Of a stretch of 61,068 nucleotides of DNA, positions 57,150 to 61,068 are shown in pieces. Numbering within the stretch: the stretch's first letter is position 1; each line of letters starts with the position of its first letter. Under the pieces are notes generated by a model, which had not been told where the DNA came from, ran no database searches, and saw only the letters and a list, made by a program, of their open reading frames with translations. Source of the stretch: a virus (taxonomy: Duplodnaviria > Caudoviricetes); the IMG/VR virus record IMGVR_UViG_3300019487_000034, positions 1-61,068 of that record. The stretch is one strand, 5' to 3'. Both the position numbers and the translations under genes were made by a program.

Positions 57150-57178
57150 ACTGTAACATGGGGTCAACTACCTGTCAA
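57150..57178 (-). promoter_or_regulatory. Sigma70-type promoter embedded in an inverted repeat
   Basis: TTGACA-N17-TACAGT with extended TG; hairpin 57158-57184. Confidence 0.6.
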
Positions 57179-57195
57179 CCCCATATCCGGCAGTA

Positions 57196-58152
57196 TTATG
57201 AGAGTTCCAGTACATTCAAATTGAGCGTGCCAATACCACTCTTAACGGCATAGACATTGACCGCAGGTCCAACTTCCAACTCCATAAATGCATTCGACGG
57301 CAATTCGATACCTGCCGTTGCTCCGGAGGTCGTCACAGTAGCAGAACCAATCCAGATACGAGCAGCACTGGTATTCTGCAACATCAATACCTTACGGTTA
57401 GCGAGGTTAGCCGCAGGAACCTGCGCCGCTGTCGAGCTTACCGAAACCTGCTGCTGTAGAATAGTGGAGTTTGCGATATCCACCGTCTTCAACGAGCCCT
57501 CGGACCAGGTGAGCAGGGAGGCGTAGTCACCATCAGCCGAGGTGTTGGTGCCCTGGGCATCCTTCCGGACCGCCAGAGATTGAATGCCCATGTCACCGCT
57601 GACATGAGCTACATCTTCCGCATGAGAGAGATTCTGGATCTCGGTCAGGAGAGATGTTAGGGTAGTATTGGCATCATCATCACGGACCCTCATATCTCCG
57701 TTGGCGGTAGCCTGCCAACCTGTATAATCACCATCGGTATCAACCATCGAACTGCGAGTATCCCTGCGGACGCCAAGCTGGAAGAGACCAACGTCCCCGG
57801 AGACGTGGGGAGAATCTTCAGCATAGTCACCGGCAAAGTTTACAGTAGCATCGACTCTGAGTGCACCTGCTGCAGTAAGGCTGAGGGGGATGTAATCCCC
57901 GTCGGCGCCGAAGGAGGTACCGGCGTCATTGCGAACACCGGCGATACCAGTGAGGAAGTCGCCACTGACATGAGCAGTATCCTCGGCATACTCCGAGGCA
58001 CCCTTGGCATCGAGGTACTGCTTACCACCAATAGTAGTATTGGTGAGCAACGTACCTGAGGCGGACGTCAGATAAGCGGCAATTGTGGAACCATCAGCAA
58101 GCGTCGTAGTATTGACGGCAATCTGATGCATGCCCATTAGTGATCCGGACAT
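57196..58152 (-). CDS. Repeat-containing fibre/decoration-like protein
   Basis: Three AED..HVSGD.....VR.D......DGDY repeats plus C-terminal beta domain. Confidence 0.65.
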   Translation of the reverse strand: MSGSLMGMHQIAVNTTTLADGSTIAAYLTSASGTLLTNTTIGGKQYLDAKGASEYAEDTAHVSGDFLTGIAGVRNDAGTSFGADGDYIPLSLTAAGALRVDATVNFAGDYAEDSPHVSGDVGLFQLGVRRDTRSSMVDTDGDYTGWQATANGDMRVRDDDANTTLTSLLTEIQNLSHAEDVAHVSGDMGIQSLAVRKDAQGTNTSADGDYASLLTWSEGSLKTVDIANSTILQQQVSVSSTAAQVPAANLANRKVLMLQNTSAARIWIGSATVTTSGATAGIELPSNAFMELEVGPAVNVYAVKSGIGTLNLNVLELS

Positions 58153-58187
58153 TAATCAACTCCTCTGATCGTCGATGATTCGACAGA

Positions 58188-58532
58188 TCATACCCAGGTT
58201 AGTATCTCGGCCACCTGACCGGCGACACTGCACTGGAAGTATATGGTTAGTGTTGGCGAATCTAGGTCGCCCTCAGAATAGAATCCATTTGGCCCGAAGG
58301 TACCGTAATCGACGGCAGCGGGGGACCAGGCCCACTGCACATGTCCCGGGGGCAACGTGGAACGCAGCTTCAACAGTACACGTTTGGTACCAACGGGAAG
58401 CGCATAGGAGTATTCAGTTGCCGCTGCCACGATCGCTACATTCGCTACGGTTGGCGTAGTAACTGTGACGCCATCGACTGTTATCGGGGTAGCGGGTTGG
58501 CCTCCACTTCCTGCGGGGGTAAATGCTGACAT
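58188..58532 (-). CDS. Beta-rich putative virion protein
   Basis: EYSYALP.GTK, TIYFQ motifs. Confidence 0.6.
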   Translation of the reverse strand: MSAFTPAGSGGQPATPITVDGVTVTTPTVANVAIVAAATEYSYALPVGTKRVLLKLRSTLPPGHVQWAWSPAAVDYGTFGPNGFYSEGDLDSPTLTIYFQCSVAGQVAEILTWV

Positions 58533-58540
58533 TTATTAGA

Positions 58541-59173
58541 TTATCCCCCTGCCTCACCTATGCGAACATCAGCCCCAGCAGCATCTGAGACTGCCCATAC
58601 TTCAGCACCAGCAGTTACATCCACAGCAAGTGCGTCCTTTGGGGCCAGCGGGTAACCAATGGCAGTAGTAGCCTTGAGGGCGGACTCTGCTATGTATACG
58701 GTCTGGGTAGCAGACCAATTCTTCAACACCAGGCCACTCCGATCAACCAGAGCAGACGGAATTAGTAGGAATGGAACAGTGCCCACTGTCTGCTGGGAGA
58801 CGCTGAATCCAGCCGCTCCGAGGATCTTGACATCACTGGAGCCACTGTTGATCGCACGGCACTGCACCTTGTACGTACAAATGCCGGTATAGGTGGCTCG
58901 GACCCTCAGGTTACTGACCGTGGGCCCGGATCGCTTCAACACGAGATCTACTGGTGCAGAGATCGTGGGGAAGGAGAATACCTCTAGCTCCTCGTCATCG
59001 ACAACGGCCAGTACAGTAACGTCGAGGGTGCCCACAATTGCATCCACCGATAGCGTCGCCAGGACAGCATCCGATTGGATGATGAAGTCACGCTGGGATG
59101 TGCCCGCCCCGACCGTAGTCTCGGTGAGCATATCCAGCTGAACCCCGAGATTCATGACTGGTAGTACGGCCAT
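58541..59173 (-). CDS. Two-domain putative virion protein
   Basis: C-terminal domain resembles that of 57196-58152. Confidence 0.6.
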   Translation of the reverse strand: MAVLPVMNLGVQLDMLTETTVGAGTSQRDFIIQSDAVLATLSVDAIVGTLDVTVLAVVDDEELEVFSFPTISAPVDLVLKRSGPTVSNLRVRATYTGICTYKVQCRAINSGSSDVKILGAAGFSVSQQTVGTVPFLLIPSALVDRSGLVLKNWSATQTVYIAESALKATTAIGYPLAPKDALAVDVTAGAEVWAVSDAAGADVRIGEAGG

Positions 59174-59199
59174 TAATTACACCCTGCGCAGGTGTTAGT

Positions 59200-59228
59200 A
59201 CTATACCATTGGGTGACCGCTATGTCAA
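59200..59228 (-). promoter_or_regulatory. Strong sigma70-type promoter
   Basis: TTGACA-N17-TATAGT with extended TG. Confidence 0.7.
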
Positions 59229-59692
59229 GCTTTACTGACAGCAGCGGTCTTTCTTCTAATGTATTCTTCTAATTGAGACCGATCCATCTGGCCGATCTCC
59301 TCGTCCGCAAACTTGGGGGCCGTGGAACTGTGGAGTTTGGTGTATATCTCCCTCGCCTCACGGGCAGCGGAGATCACGAGGCTCGGGTTCTCCTCGTCCC
59401 GGAGGATCTCCGAGACTCGGGCCATGCTCTGCATGAGGAGGCGGTGAGATTCCTCCTGTTCCCACTGGGGACTGGTCCACCAGTCGGAGAAGCCGGGGGT
59501 AGCCCACCACTTGCGAATGGCCTCTGGAGCGCCGTAGCTCAATGAGGTTGCGGCGTCCAGCTCGGAGAGGGTCCCGGGAGGGTTCCGCCGGTGGAACTCA
59601 TTGCGAGCCCTGATCTGCCGGTTGGAGGGGGTGAATGATGCTGCAGCTACTACCTGCTCTAAGATGGTACTGGATGGAGGAATGCTAGTCAC
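59225..59692 (-). CDS. Possible terminase small subunit (HTH-like)
   Basis: First late gene; AIRKWWATPGFSDWW helix pattern; helical C-terminus. Confidence 0.45.
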   Translation of the reverse strand: MTSIPPSSTILEQVVAAASFTPSNRQIRARNEFHRRNPPGTLSELDAATSLSYGAPEAIRKWWATPGFSDWWTSPQWEQEESHRLLMQSMARVSEILRDEENPSLVISAAREAREIYTKLHSSTAPKFADEEIGQMDRSQLEEYIRRKTAAVSKA

Positions 59693-59724
59693 TTCCTGTT
59701 ACTCCCTGTTACTACTAGTAGCAC

Positions 59725-60099
59725 TTTCTTCCCTACCTGAAGCTGTATAGGCTTGTGGTAGCTTGTCTGCTGGTAGATATACTCGCTTTGCGGCCTGTGC
59801 CTGCTTCCGCTCGTACGGCCCGAATTGCATACCTCACTGAATCAGTGGCGTATGGGCATTTCGTGATGATTGCTGCCGTTGCGTTAGTTACCGCTGGTCC
59901 CATTGTAGTCTCGGTTGTTAACCCGAGCTTCAGTATAGGGTGGGACGGAGAACGGACCTACAACAACTCCTGACTGGTATCTATCACTCTGGCAGCTATG
60001 TCCCGAATCGTATGGGGTCCCGCCCTGCACGTGTGCTCTTCGGAAGGTTCCCGTGGTAGGCAACCGCATACGACCCGTAGATGGTACTATGCCCATCAC
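59725..60099 (-). ncRNA. Large structured leader / non-coding RNA
   Basis: Starts at predicted TSS; helices UCGUAUG/CAUACGA, GGGAC/GUCCC, CCCUAU-A-CUGAAGCU/AGCUUCAG-GUAGGG, CAUAC..CACUGA/UCAGUG..GUAUG. Confidence 0.6.
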
Positions 60100-60104
60100 T
60101 TGAC

Positions 60105-60133
60105 AATATAGCACTTCTTTCGATTCCTGTCAA
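60105..60133 (-). promoter_or_regulatory. Sigma70-type late promoter flanked by a 9-bp inverted repeat
   Basis: TTGACA-N17-TATATT; CACTTGACA 60097-60105 / TGTCAAGTG 60128-60136. Confidence 0.7.
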
Positions 60134-60170
60134 GTGCGAAGTGCACACCTCGGAGCCCTCGGTGAACACC

Positions 60171-60716
60171 TCAGTCCAAGTCTCGGCCACCATTAGACCA
60201 TCTACGTTGGATACTATTCGCTACCCGCATGATGAACCCCAGCCATTCCGTGACGTTCTGGCCTCTACGTTGAGTTGAGCAGGGGGTACAAATCGGAACG
60301 AGGTTAGTGGATCGTCCGGGTCCCCGGGGATCTCCCAATTCTGCCACCACTCCCCGGGTATTGCAGGCAACGCAGCGATTACTCACGGTTCTCAGGTAGT
60401 CCTGGACCGTGAATTGTACTCCCCCGTCCAGTTTCCGAGCTGCTCTCACGAGGGCCCTGAAGGGGCGCCTGTGGCCGATGGGTACCCGGGCCGCTATTAC
60501 TGACTCCGGGCCGGGAATGCCTAGGCCCGAATGGCACCTACCGCACGTCCGCTTGTGCCCAGCCTGGCAGCTCTTGGCGATCACTTCCACTATTGATCCG
60601 CAGCTGCAGGCGGCTAGCCAGATCGCACCGACCCCCCCACCCCCACTCCTGGAATAGTGTAACATTGTGAGTTCGCCATACTGGCGATCTGTATGATCTT
60701 TTGGCTTCCTGGGCAC
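60171..60716 (-). CDS. HNH-like (Cys-rich) endonuclease, possibly degenerate
   Basis: YGELT..W...CSCG...TCG N-terminus; CVAC...NLVPICTPC; first His of HNH not evident; AGGAG RBS before GTG 60716. Confidence 0.6.
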   Translation of the reverse strand: MPRKPKDHTDRQYGELTMLHYSRSGGGGVGAIWLAACSCGSIVEVIAKSCQAGHKRTCGRCHSGLGIPGPESVIAARVPIGHRRPFRALVRAARKLDGGVQFTVQDYLRTVSNRCVACNTRGVVAELGDPRGPGRSTNLVPICTPCSTQRRGQNVTEWLGFIMRVANSIQRRWSNGGRDLD

Positions 60717-60753
60717 ACAATACTCCTTGTGTATTGGCCTCACCAATACTCCT

Positions 60754-60782
60754 ATTATATCACAATGATATTGCGGGGTCAA
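60754..60782 (-). promoter_or_regulatory. Sigma70-type promoter
   Basis: TTGACC-N17-TATAAT with extended TG. Confidence 0.7.
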
Positions 60783-60945
60783 ATGGTGCGTCCGGCCCGT
60801 GTGTAAGTGCCGGAGTGTAGTGGTAGAAGTTGTGGCCCGGGCGTCGAGAGCAAACCCACTTCCACGTCGGTGGTTCTTAACACCTACCCCACGGTGGGCT
60901 TGGGATAGGAGAGGGGGGAAGTAACCAGCTAACACTGCTGGGGTA

Positions 60946-61001
60946 TGCCCAGTACGACCCATCGCACCCAATACGGGTACCAGCGTACCCACAGGGTCCC
61001 A
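60946..61001 (+). repeat. Helically phased CCCA repeats
   Basis: CCCA at 60948, 60958, 60967, 60988, 60998 and ACCA at 60979. Confidence 0.55.
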
Positions 61002-61003
61002 GT

Positions 61004-61068
61004 CCCCCCCCCCCCCCCCCCCCCCTTTCTTTCTCTCTTTTGTCCCCCCCCACTCCCACCACCCGCGA
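61004..61068. other. Poly(C) tract and low-complexity contig end
   Basis: More than 20 consecutive C followed by pyrimidine-rich sequence. Confidence 0.8.

Noticed and set aside
59895-59990. Group I R/S-like words (GAGACUACA, GAUACCAGUC) in the late leader RNA
   Set aside because: Wrong order, imperfect P7 pairing and no interrupted gene
411-61062. Many antisense and alternate-frame ORFs in the supplied track
   Set aside because: They shadow well-supported genes in GC-rich DNA and lack RBSs or motifs
1-61068. tRNA, tmRNA, rRNA, integrase, reverse transcriptase/DGR
   Set aside because: No cloverleaf or diagnostic protein motifs found by eye; tRNAscan-SE/ARAGORN and HMM searches would be needed to exclude them fully
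1-61068. Stop-codon reassignment
   Set aside because: Long conserved genes are intact in the standard code and end in TAA, TAG and TGA

Overview
This window looks like a complete or near-complete genome of a tailed dsDNA phage, probably podovirus-like and lytic (no integrase or repressor recognised), infecting a Gram-negative host. It has two converging arms. The + strand arm (about 0.6-24.0 kb) carries early and replication genes: GP88-like, DUF932, lytic transglycosylase, ClpP-like protease, Cas4-like nuclease, family A DNA polymerase, RuvC-like resolvase, CYTH protein, DinG-like helicase, DUF5664 and uracil-DNA glycosylase. The - strand arm (about 60.7-24.0 kb) carries HNH, terminase, portal, M15 endolysin, scaffold, major capsid, GIY-YIG, tail fibres, adaptor, nozzle, ejection proteins and holin/spanin-like genes. 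The most striking content is non-coding: (i) a sigma54-type promoter followed by a ~255-nt structured RNA that ends in a canonical type III hammerhead ribozyme overlapping the first gene's RBS; (ii) three further 280-400-nt heavily base-paired intergenic RNAs and a kissing-loop element; (iii) a dispersed two-hairpin repeat with covarying stems just upstream of four start codons; (iv) 10-bp-phased repeats and poly(C) tracts at the contig ends. All calls come from reading motifs and base-pairing by eye. No database search or folding computation was run.
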